From positions 1 to 19,086 of the forward strand of contig JAYGFR010000022.1 of assembly GCA_046581755.1 (NCBI GenBank): 19,086 nt of DNA. The letters are read 5' to 3'. Under the pieces are notes generated by a model. The model had not been told where the DNA came from. It saw only the letters and a program-made list of their open reading frames with translations, and made no database searches. A program made the translations under genes and the position numbers. Below are positions 11,655 to 18,826 of the stretch, piece after piece. Each line of letters begins with the position of its first letter. Position 1 is the first letter of the stretch. This DNA comes from Nitrospinota bacterium (lineage in GTDB: Bacteria; UBA8248).

Positions 11655-12378
11655 TTAACGATTGGTGCGGAATCCGCAGGGTGAATAACAAGCCTCCTTC
11701 GGGCGGCATGGCAACATCCAGCCGTCCGTTCCACATCTGGACGGTCAGGTGAGTCCGGTAAAGCCCGAGGCCCACCCCTTCGAAGCCCTCTTTCTCCTGG
11801 AGGCATGTGTCCAGCCAGTCGAGGATGGTTTCGAGCTTTCCCGGCGGGAGTTTCGCCCCCCGGTTTTCGACGGCGAGAGAAATTTCGGAATCCCCGCGCA
11901 TAAGGCGGATCAGAACGGTCCCCCCCCCGGGGGAAAGCAGAATCACCGCGTCCAGCAGATCGTTGATCAGGGTGGCGAAACGATCCGGATCGCCGGTGAC
12001 GGTCAGCGGAGAGGAGGGGATTTCCGGCTGGATTCGGTAGCCCCGCAACCGGCGGAGGCGCTTGCTGATCTGCCCGCTCAAGAGGGCGGCCAGGTCGAAA
12101 GATTCCTCCTTCAGCGTCAGGTTTCCGCTTTCGATGTCCGCCGTATCGGCCAGATCCCGGACGAGGCGGTCAATCCTGTAGACGGATTCCGTGAGTTCTC
12201 CTAGATTTTCACGGAGCCGGATCAAATTGGGCTCCTCGGTGAGATCGTTGAACCGCCGGCGGAAATCGGCGAAAGACTTGCAGAGATCGCGGCTCACAAG
12301 ACGCAGGAAAAGCGAGGTGTCCCGCGGGTTGTCCATTCCGTTTTCTGAGTCGCCGGCCGGCCGATCGTCCAATATCAT
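11635..12378 (-). CDS. HisKA/HATPase_c-like protein with degenerate catalytic motifs (pseudo-histidine kinase)
   Basis: RLVRDLADTADIESGNLTLKEESFDLAALL, GDPDRF..LINDLL, G2 box GVGLGLY and EGGLLFTLRIP are recognisable. The H-box reads VSRDL with no His. No sensor or TM domain. Confidence 0.8.
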   Translation of the reverse strand: MILDDRPAGDSENGMDNPRDTSLFLRLVSRDLCKSFADFRRRFNDLTEEPNLIRLRENLGELTESVYRIDRLVRDLADTADIESGNLTLKEESFDLAALLSGQISKRLRRLRGYRIQPEIPSSPLTVTGDPDRFATLINDLLDAVILLSPGGGTVLIRLMRGDSEISLAVENRGAKLPPGKLETILDWLDTCLQEKEGFEGVGLGLYRTHLTVQMWNGRLDVAMPPEGGLLFTLRIPHQSLNVPKNG

Positions 12379-12425
12379 CCCTTCATCAAACGAAGTCCAT
12401 CGCTGAAGGTGCCAAATCGGGCGCG

Positions 12426-12454
12426 ATTTTCCGCCATCCCCGAAGGGCTGTCAA
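12426..12454 (-). promoter_or_regulatory. Putative sigma70 promoter for the pseudo-kinase/Ldh_2 unit
   Basis: On the minus strand: TTGACA (12454-12449), 17-nt spacer, GAAAAT (12431-12426). Confidence 0.5.
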
Positions 12455-12475
12455 AAACGCGGGCTGCGCGTCCGT

Positions 12476-12925
12476 CTAGAACGAGATGTTCCGGACGCGC
12501 ATATCCTCGGCGGCGTCGAGAATGACCCGGGCCGTTCCCCGGGTCATGGGCTTGAGGCCGTCCAGGTCCTCCAAGGAAACCCATCTCGCCTCGGTAGCGT
12601 CGCTCCTCGCCTGGAGGGTGCCACCCGCCGGGCGGCATACGAAATCGACGAGGACATAGTGATACTGCACCCGATCCCAATCGTCCCGGGTGATTCTGTC
12701 GAGGACGGCGCACCGAGAGACGACCTCGACGGTCAGGTTCGTTTCCTCGAATACTTCCCGCTTGCAGGCATCCTCTAAGGTCTCGCCGAGCTTCAGCGCG
12801 CCTCCCGGAACGCTCCAGTTTCCAAGGCCCGGCGAATTGCCGCGCCGGGCCATCAGAACTTTTCCTCCGCTGAACACAATCGCCCCGACGCCGACGATGG
12901 GCCGGAGGGGATATTCGCGGCTCAT
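12476..12925 (-). CDS. Nudix hydrolase (ADP-ribose pyrophosphatase-like), 149 aa
   Basis: MSREYPLRPIVGVGA, Nudix box GALKLGETLEDACKREVFEETNL and HYVLVDF. AGGAG RBS upstream of the ATG at 12925; the track's upstream extension overlaps the EamA gene. Confidence 0.93.
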   Translation of the reverse strand: MSREYPLRPIVGVGAIVFSGGKVLMARRGNSPGLGNWSVPGGALKLGETLEDACKREVFEETNLTVEVVSRCAVLDRITRDDWDRVQYHYVLVDFVCRPAGGTLQARSDATEARWVSLEDLDGLKPMTRGTARVILDAAEDMRVRNISF

Positions 12926-12948
12926 TCCGCCTCCTGGTTTCGCAAACG

Positions 12949-12978
12949 TTGACACTGGCAGAGAGCCGAACGTAGCAT
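12949..12978 (+). promoter_or_regulatory. Putative sigma70 promoter for the EamA gene
   Basis: TTGACA (12949-12954), 18-nt spacer, TAGCAT (12973-12978). Confidence 0.55.
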
Positions 12979-13039
12979 CACACCCGGTTCCGGGAAAGTG
13001 CGGCGGTGGATTCCAGGCAAAGGTGGAGCGGAGGAGAGC

Positions 13040-13882
13040 GTGCCCCCAGAGATTGTTTTCGCCCTGATTTCCATGGGATGCCTGGGAACGAGCGATTTTC
13101 TCTATAAATGGGGTCAGCGCTGGGATCTGCGGGGCGGCCCGTTCATGTTGCTCCAAAACTTCGCCTATATGCCCACCGCCTTCGCGCTTACCTTTATCCG
13201 CTCGGAACTCGCTTGGAGCCCCGGCCTGTGGTTGGGCCTGCTGAACGGCGCACTCGCCTTCACGGCGTTTCTTTTCATCCTCCTGGCGATGCGCCGGGGG
13301 GAGGCCATTTCGCTGATCCCCATCGTCCGCCTGAACTTTGCGATAACGGCCCTGCTGACGATCGCCTTTATCGGCGAGGAGGTGAACCCCCTCAAGGGCA
13401 TCGCCCTCTTCCTGGCGGGAGCGGCCGTTCTCTCGGGGGGAGTCGGCGTCATCGCGGGCGGGCGGGATCGCCGCTCCCTGGCGCTCGCTGCCGGCGCGAT
13501 GTGCCTGTTCGGGTTCATCGGGCTGTTTATCAAGCTCGGCCTGGCGATGGGGGCGAATCCGGCGGCCATGACTCTCGCTCAGAGCGTGGGCGTATTTTGC
13601 ATGGCGCTCCCCTATGCCGTTTTCTCGGGAGACTCCATGCCCCGGCGGGGCGGCGCTCTTTGGGTTCCCCTCGCCTGTGGAATATTGACCTCATCCAGCT
13701 ACGTTTCGCTTTCGGTGGGTTTCACCCACGGAGACGCGGTCGTGATCGCGCCCATCGCTCAACTCAGTTTCGTTCTCACGGGCCTTTTGGCCATCGTTTT
13801 TCTCGGGGAGCGCCTCTCCACCCGGAGGGCCCTCGGGGTGGCCTGCGCGGTTTTTTCGATCCTGATATTCGCAGCGGCCTAG
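13040..13882 (+). CDS. EamA/DMT-family transporter
   Basis: About 10 hydrophobic segments in two repeats ending in FIGEE and FLGERL, with GEAISLIPI / GDAVVIAPI motifs. GGAGG precedes the GTG at 13040. Confidence 0.9.
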   Translation: MPPEIVFALISMGCLGTSDFLYKWGQRWDLRGGPFMLLQNFAYMPTAFALTFIRSELAWSPGLWLGLLNGALAFTAFLFILLAMRRGEAISLIPIVRLNFAITALLTIAFIGEEVNPLKGIALFLAGAAVLSGGVGVIAGGRDRRSLALAAGAMCLFGFIGLFIKLGLAMGANPAAMTLAQSVGVFCMALPYAVFSGDSMPRRGGALWVPLACGILTSSSYVSLSVGFTHGDAVVIAPIAQLSFVLTGLLAIVFLGERLSTRRALGVACAVFSILIFAAA

Positions 13883-13890
13883 CTGCGCGG

Positions 13891-13913
13891 TCCGGGCGTG
13901 TTCGCCGCCCGGA
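13891..13913. terminator. GC-rich hairpin immediately after the EamA stop (no U-tract)
   Basis: Perfect 8-bp stem TCCGGGCG / CGCCCGGA with a 7-nt loop. Confidence 0.35.
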
Positions 13914-13938
13914 GCGAGGGATTGAGAGGGCTTTTGGA

Positions 13939-14114
13939 TCCGAAACGAATCTCCGCGCATTTCCGGTTGCGGTCATTCCATCCTTTGGATCTATGTTTAC
14001 CGCGCTGGCGGGAGATTCCGCCGGGAGGGGGCGGGCTGCCCCCGGAGGAAACCGGTATGCGGAGTTTGAATGGAAAAATAAACCGCAATTTTTATGGAGG
14101 TGGTCGGTTTCGGA
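13939..14114 (+). ncRNA. Candidate structured RNA of unknown family
   Basis: Five nested complementary segments plus two apical hairpins in the gap between convergent genes. G-U pairs favour the + strand. Confidence 0.25.
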
Positions 14115-14206
14115 ATATTTCGGGAGTTTGCGGGTGAACTTCGATTTGGGGTTTCTCGGGTGGTGGATTTGCTCGAGGGGTGGTTTGGAGGTCAAGCCCG
14201 GCGCGG

Positions 14207-15385
14207 TTAGATGATGCCCTCGCTCCGCAGCTCGCCCGCCCGGTCCGGTCCGATGCCGATCCACGAGGAGAGGATTTCGTCGGTGTGCGCTCCGAGCGGG
14301 GGGCCTGTCCAGCGGATATCGAGCGGGGTTTTCGACATGCGCGGGGTGACGTTTTGCATGGGGACTTCGCCGAAATCGGGATCGGGAATGTTCTTGACGA
14401 GCTCCCGCGCCTGGAAATGGGGGTCCGCCAGGATGTCCTCGATGTCGTAGACGGGCATGGCGGTGACGCCTCCCTCGGTGAAGCGCCGCATGTTCTCCTC
14501 GCAGGAGCGCGTGCGGATTTCGCCGGCCACAATTTCGTCGAGCGCCGGGTTGTTGGCCACGCGGGCGTTGTTGCTCTCGAAGCGGGGATTGGGGATGAGG
14601 TCGCTCCGGTCCAGGCATATGGCCAGGCGCTCGAACATGGGCTGGGTCGAGGCGGAAATGGCGATCCAGCGGCCATCCTTCGTCGGGTAGCAGTTCCGGG
14701 GCGAGGAGTTTTCGGAGAGGTTTCCGGTGCGCCCGTATTTTTTCCCGCTCAGGGCGAACTCGGCGGCATAGGGGCCGATGATGGTGAACAGGGGCTCGTA
14801 GAGGGCCAGATCGATGACCTGGCCCTTTCCGCCCCCCAGCGCGTCCCGGTGGTAGAGGGCGAACATGGTGGAGGAGACCCCGTACAGGCCCGCCGTCATG
14901 TCGGCGATCGGAATTGGCGGGAGGAGGGGCGGCGAATCGGGAAACCCATTGATGGCGCTGAAGCCCGAGGCCGCCTCGACTAGGGTTCCGAAGCCGGGCC
15001 GATCCCGGTAGGGGCCGCCCTGTCCCCAGCCGGAGATGCGCACGATGACCAGACGGGGGTTGATCTCATGAAGTTCTTCGGGCGAGAGGCCCCAGGACTC
15101 GAGTTTCCCGGGGAAGAAATTCTCGGCCAGCACGTCGGCCTTCGAGGCCAGTTCCTTCAAAATCTCCTGCCCGGCGGGCCGGTTCAGGGCCAGCGTCATC
15201 GATTTTTTCCCGCGCCCGTACACCTTCCACCACGAGGGCTTCCAGGCGCGGAGGGTGTCTCCCCGCCCGGGGACCTCGACTTTCACCACCTCGGCTCCGG
15301 CGTCGGCGAGGAGCATCCCGTAGAAGCCGCCGACGATGAGCCGGGTCAGATCGAGCACCTTTACGCCTTCGAGCGGCGCCGCCAT
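14207..15385 (-). CDS. Family III (CaiB/BaiF) CoA-transferase, 392 aa
   Basis: PLEGVKVLDLT, GAEVVKVE.PGRGD, RGKKS, ADVLAENF.PG, ISGWGQGGPYRDRPG, catalytic Asp in IADMTAG, and PPLGAHTDEIL. AGGGGAG RBS before the ATG at 15385. Confidence 0.95.
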   Translation of the reverse strand: MAAPLEGVKVLDLTRLIVGGFYGMLLADAGAEVVKVEVPGRGDTLRAWKPSWWKVYGRGKKSMTLALNRPAGQEILKELASKADVLAENFFPGKLESWGLSPEELHEINPRLVIVRISGWGQGGPYRDRPGFGTLVEAASGFSAINGFPDSPPLLPPIPIADMTAGLYGVSSTMFALYHRDALGGGKGQVIDLALYEPLFTIIGPYAAEFALSGKKYGRTGNLSENSSPRNCYPTKDGRWIAISASTQPMFERLAICLDRSDLIPNPRFESNNARVANNPALDEIVAGEIRTRSCEENMRRFTEGGVTAMPVYDIEDILADPHFQARELVKNIPDPDFGEVPMQNVTPRMSKTPLDIRWTGPPLGAHTDEILSSWIGIGPDRAGELRSEGII

Positions 15386-15478
15386 CGAGATCGCTCCCCT
15401 TTCGGTTTCGTCCGGCCGCCCTTTTTCGGGCACGAATCGGAGCGCCGGGGCAGGAGGGCCATTTTGCGATAGAGCCGG

Positions 15479-15487
15479 ATCATAGCA
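15479..15487 (-). promoter_or_regulatory. Possible extended -10 promoter element for the CoA-transferase
   Basis: Minus strand TG-C-TATGAT, ~95 nt upstream of the start. No good -35. Confidence 0.35.
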
Positions 15488-15629
15488 TGCAAGATTCCCC
15501 CGCCGGGAGGGCTCCGGGAAGATGTTTGGTTTCAATCCTTTTCGCGCAGCGGAATCCGGTATATATATTCGGGGCCGACCCCCCGGAATCGCCGCGGGGC
15601 ATTTCGCATTCCATAACGGGATTTTACCG

Positions 15630-16223
15630 ATGGCTGTCACACTAAAAAGAATCTGCGTATTCACCGGCTCCCGGGAAGGGAACAAAGCGGTATACCGCGA
15701 TGCCGCCGCGGGACTGGGGACCATTCTTTCGGAGAAAAATATTGGCATCGTCTACGGCGGGGGCCACGTCGGGCTGATGGGGGTGCTCGCGGACGCCGCG
15801 CTCGCGGGCGGGGGGGAGGTCATCGGAGTCATGCCGAAGGGAATCATGGACCTGGAAGTGGCGCACAATGGCGTGACCGAACTCCGGGTGGTCGAGACCA
15901 TGCACGAGCGAAAAGCCGTCATGGCCGAACTCTCGGACGGTTTCATCGTCCTGCCGGGTGGGCTCGGAACCTTCGAGGAGATGATGGAGGTGCTTTCTTG
16001 GCTCTATCTGCAGTTTATCAAAAAGCCGGCCGGTTTGCTGAACGTGGAGGGCTACTTCGATCCACTGCTGTCTTTTTTCCGCCACGCCGCCGGGGAAGGG
16101 TTCATGCCGGAGAGCTACGAGGAACTGTTCACGGTGAACGGCGATCCGCTTCGTTTGATCTCGGAGATGGAGAATTACATCCCGCCGGACGGCCCCCTCG
16201 TCCAGAGGCCTACTCCCACTTGA
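15630..16223 (+). CDS. LOG-family nucleotide phosphoribohydrolase (TIGR00730-like)
   Basis: ICVFTGS, VYGGGHVGLMG, TMHERKAVM, PGGLGTFEE and KPAGLLNVEGYFDPL. ATG 15630 preferred over 15522. Confidence 0.95.
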   Translation: MAVTLKRICVFTGSREGNKAVYRDAAAGLGTILSEKNIGIVYGGGHVGLMGVLADAALAGGGEVIGVMPKGIMDLEVAHNGVTELRVVETMHERKAVMAELSDGFIVLPGGLGTFEEMMEVLSWLYLQFIKKPAGLLNVEGYFDPLLSFFRHAAGEGFMPESYEELFTVNGDPLRLISEMENYIPPDGPLVQRPTPT

Positions 16224-16881
16224 GATATTTCAAATATCCCACCTCGGGAATATCCACCCGGACGCCGAGCCCCATCGCCTTTTTGTGCGCCTGGATGGTT
16301 TTGAGATGTGCGTAGGCCTCCCACAATATATGGCGGAAGGTGTATTCGAGGTCGAAGTGGAAAAGGCCGGGGTCGTTTTCATCCTGCCAATACCCGCTTG
16401 AATGGGCCTTCAGGGTTACATTTTTTGTCCATTCCAAGCGGTTCTCTCCGGTTGCGAATGCATCGTTCGGGTCGATGCGGCGGGTGAGCGTTTTCTCCCG
16501 CAGGCTGCCCAGCGTCTCCCCGCCGAGAATCTCGAGGGCGAGGGCGGTGGCGTCCTTGAGGGCGGTGAGCAGGTCCGGCATCTCGTGAAACCGCTTGGGG
16601 TCGAGATAGCGGTCGGTCCCGCCGGTGTCGGTGAGCGAGATGTCACGCGGCGGGTTTTCGCCGAACAGCGTCTCGCTCCAGGCCTGGAGGAACCAGCGGT
16701 AGTGAACCGAGGCGATGTGGCTCACCTGCCGGCGGATGGGCCATATCCCCCAGCTTTTTTCGGGTTGCAGGGTGTCCATCTGCCCGTCGGTCAGGCCCTC
16801 GATTTCCCGCTCGTACAGGCCGTGGATGCGGTGGTATTCGGGAAACAGCGCCCGCCCGGGTGTGCTTGAATCGTCGCTCAT
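16210..16881 (-). CDS. DinB/YfiT-like superfamily protein, copy 1 (223 aa)
   Basis: EGLTDGQMD...WPIRRQVSHIA..HYRW and C-terminal HILWEAYAHLKTIQ match the DinB four-helix pattern. GAGGAG RBS. Confidence 0.75.
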   Translation of the reverse strand: MSDDSSTPGRALFPEYHRIHGLYEREIEGLTDGQMDTLQPEKSWGIWPIRRQVSHIASVHYRWFLQAWSETLFGENPPRDISLTDTGGTDRYLDPKRFHEMPDLLTALKDATALALEILGGETLGSLREKTLTRRIDPNDAFATGENRLEWTKNVTLKAHSSGYWQDENDPGLFHFDLEYTFRHILWEAYAHLKTIQAHKKAMGLGVRVDIPEVGYLKYLKWE

Positions 16882-16933
16882 TTCAAAGTTCGCTCCTCAT
16901 GGAGGAAAGAGAATGACACCCCGTTCAGGGACC

Positions 16934-17605
16934 CTATTCCCACTTTAGAACCTTCAAATACCCCACCTCGGGGATATCGTTTACCGGCGGAAGACCCATC
17001 GCCTTTTTATGCGCTTGAATGGTTTTCAGATGAGCGTAGGCCTCCCACAAGACATGGCGGAAGGTGTATTCCAGGTCGTAATGAAATAACTCGGGGTCGG
17101 TGTCGTCCTTCCAAAATCCCCGGGAGTGGGATTTCAGGGTGACGTTCTCCGTCCACTCCCGCAGCCCGTCGCCAGAGGGCCATCGGTGATCCGAGGGGAT
17201 GCGGCGCGACTGGACTTTCTCCCGCATGCTGCCCAGGGTTTCGTTCCCGAGAATTTCCCAGGCGAGATCGGCAGCATCTTTAACGGCGGCAAGAAGATCG
17301 GGCATCTCGTGAAACCGCTTCGGGTCTATAAGCCGGTCGGCGCCGCCGGTGTCCAGGAGCGATTCATCCCTCGGGAGGCGGCCGCCGAACAGCGCCTCGC
17401 CCCAATTCCGAAGGAACCAGCGGTAGTGGGCGAAAGCGATGTGATTGACCTGCTGGCGGATGGACCAGGTTCCCCAGCTTTTCTCCGGCTGAAGGGTATC
17501 GACCTGCTCATCGGTCAGGCCCCGGACCTCTCTCGCGTACATGAGGTGGATTTGTGGATATTCGGGAAAAAGATCGCGTCCCGGCGTGGATAGATCGTCA
17601 CTCAT
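16934..17605 (-). CDS. DinB/YfiT-like superfamily protein, copy 2 (223 aa)
   Basis: Ungapped alignment to copy 1 (157/223 identical by hand count) fixes the start at ATG 17605. Confidence 0.75.
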   Translation of the reverse strand: MSDDLSTPGRDLFPEYPQIHLMYAREVRGLTDEQVDTLQPEKSWGTWSIRQQVNHIAFAHYRWFLRNWGEALFGGRLPRDESLLDTGGADRLIDPKRFHEMPDLLAAVKDAADLAWEILGNETLGSMREKVQSRRIPSDHRWPSGDGLREWTENVTLKSHSRGFWKDDTDPELFHYDLEYTFRHVLWEAYAHLKTIQAHKKAMGLPPVNDIPEVGYLKVLKWE

Positions 17606-17693
17606 CACAGGAGATTTCCTCATGCGAAAGCAATGCGGCTCAGGTTTGGGAAATTTTCTCCCGGCATTTTGACCGAATCCGCCGCGCCGCGCT

Positions 17694-18644
17694 ATGGCCG
17701 ATCCCCTTGAGCGTGCGATAATCCGGGCTCTTGAAGTTTCTCTAACTGCGGCGGGTCTTTCTTTGGCCGACCTTTTTTCCGCCATCCCACCGGAGTACCG
17801 GGCTCTCCTGGGAAGTTTTTTCTTCGCCTGCAACCAGATCATGGTCCGGAGGCTGACCGAGCGCGCCTCCCCTCTGACCGTGACCATCATGATCAATTTT
17901 TGGATGTCGGTGACGGCGTTGTTTCTCGTTCCGTTTTCGGATACATTCGATGGGTCCCTGGCCCAGGCGTTTCTTTTCTTCGTAGGGGTGGGCCTCCTTG
18001 GGCAGGGGGCGGCCCGTTTTCTCGCCTATGGGTCGAACAAACTGATCGGCGTCGGCCGGACGAACGCCGTCGTAGCGGCCTCGCCCATCGGAGCATCGAT
18101 AATGGGGGCCCTGATTTTGGGGGAGCGGCCGGCTGTCGAGGTGTGGGCCGGAATCGCCTTGATCGTCGCCGGGCTGGTGTTCCTGACGACCGACAAGGGA
18201 GAGGGCAGGTATCCTCTCCGAAGCTATTCCTATGCTTTTGTTGCCATGCTGGCCTTTTCGGTGACGCCCTACTTACGGAAAGGGGGGATGCTCGCCCTGA
18301 GCGCTCCCGCGCTAGGGGTTATTTTCTCCTCCATCGTCGCCAATTCGACCTTGATGACGGCCTCCCGTTTCCTGCCGGTTCCCCAGAAATTCCGCCTTGA
18401 TCGCTCCTTCGCTCTGGCCTGCATTCCCGCGGGCATTTTCGCCATGGCCGCTGCGCTCAACTTCTGGACGGCGCTGCGGGATGGCCCCCTGACGGTGATT
18501 TCTCCTTTGATCCGCATGACGCCCATATTCGTATTGTTTCTCTCGGCGGCGCTTTTGCGGGGACTGGAGACGATCACGGTGCGGCTAATCCTGGCCACGG
18601 GCATCATCGTGGCCGGAGCCGCGCTAATCACGGCCAATTCATGA
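17694..18644 (+). CDS. EamA/DMT-family transporter (second)
   Basis: About 10 TM segments with LILGERP, GIALIVAGLVFL, GPLTVISPL and LETITVR. The true start may be TTG 17763. Confidence 0.88.
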   Translation: MADPLERAIIRALEVSLTAAGLSLADLFSAIPPEYRALLGSFFFACNQIMVRRLTERASPLTVTIMINFWMSVTALFLVPFSDTFDGSLAQAFLFFVGVGLLGQGAARFLAYGSNKLIGVGRTNAVVAASPIGASIMGALILGERPAVEVWAGIALIVAGLVFLTTDKGEGRYPLRSYSYAFVAMLAFSVTPYLRKGGMLALSAPALGVIFSSIVANSTLMTASRFLPVPQKFRLDRSFALACIPAGIFAMAAALNFWTALRDGPLTVISPLIRMTPIFVLFLSAALLRGLETITVRLILATGIIVAGAALITANS

Positions 18645-18826
18645 CCCCCGAGGCGGGGATAGGGGGTATTTCGCGCTTTTGGAGGCCCGCCGCGCTGATT
18701 GACCGTATCCCCCAATCTTTGCGAAACTTTGGATATCCGAAGAAGAAGACTTTCCGAACAGCCGTGCCGGGAGATGCCGGTTCCGGCTTGGCGCGATTCA
18801 TTCCGCATTTCGAGGAGAGAGAATGA
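18641..18826 (+). CDS. Possible 61-aa hypothetical ORF
   Basis: ATGA overlaps with both neighbours. No recognisable motif. Confidence 0.2.
   Translation: MTPEAGIGGISRFWRPAALIDRIPQSLRNFGYPKKKTFRTAVPGDAGSGLARFIPHFEERE

Larger units (their letters stand above)
16210..17605 (-). repeat. Tandem gene duplication (two 672-bp units separated by 52 bp)
   Basis: Both units have identical length, start MSDDxSTPGR and end LKWE. Confidence 0.9.

Noticed and set aside
10485..11684. 399-aa plus-strand ORF
   Set aside because: Antisense shadow of the Ldh_2 gene.
12397..12417. Sigma54-like TTGGCAC on the minus strand upstream of the pseudo-kinase
   Set aside because: No GC at the -12 position with correct spacing.
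12453..12471. Possible terminator after the Nudix gene (ACGCG/CGCGT followed by T4 on -)
   Set aside because: Only a 5-bp stem with a short U-tract overlapping the next -35 box; too weak to call.
12979..13039. Possible riboswitch in the EamA leader (CCCGG-TT-CCGGG hairpin, GGCAAA, GAAA)
   Set aside because: No ACGR-loop hairpin pair (guanidine-II) and no correctly ordered c-di-GMP-I elements. The leader is too short to support a call.
13891..14114. Canonical 6S RNA, tRNA or SRP RNA
   Set aside because: No recognisable 6S central-bubble motifs or zapA/ygfA context, no T-loop (TTCGA) cloverleaf ending in CCA, and no SRP GGAA-loop motif. Kept only as an unknown structured element.
13108..14214. 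368-aa plus-strand ORF and the small ORFs 13898-14137 and 13879-14088
   Set aside because: Alternate frame of EamA or motif-less spacer ORFs without a convincing RBS.
15386..15748. N-terminal extensions in the ORF track (CoA-transferase to 15748, LOG from 15522; likewise Nudix to 13156 and DinB copy 2 to 17896)
   Set aside because: They overlap divergent genes. Family N-termini, RBSs and the paralog alignment support the shorter starts.
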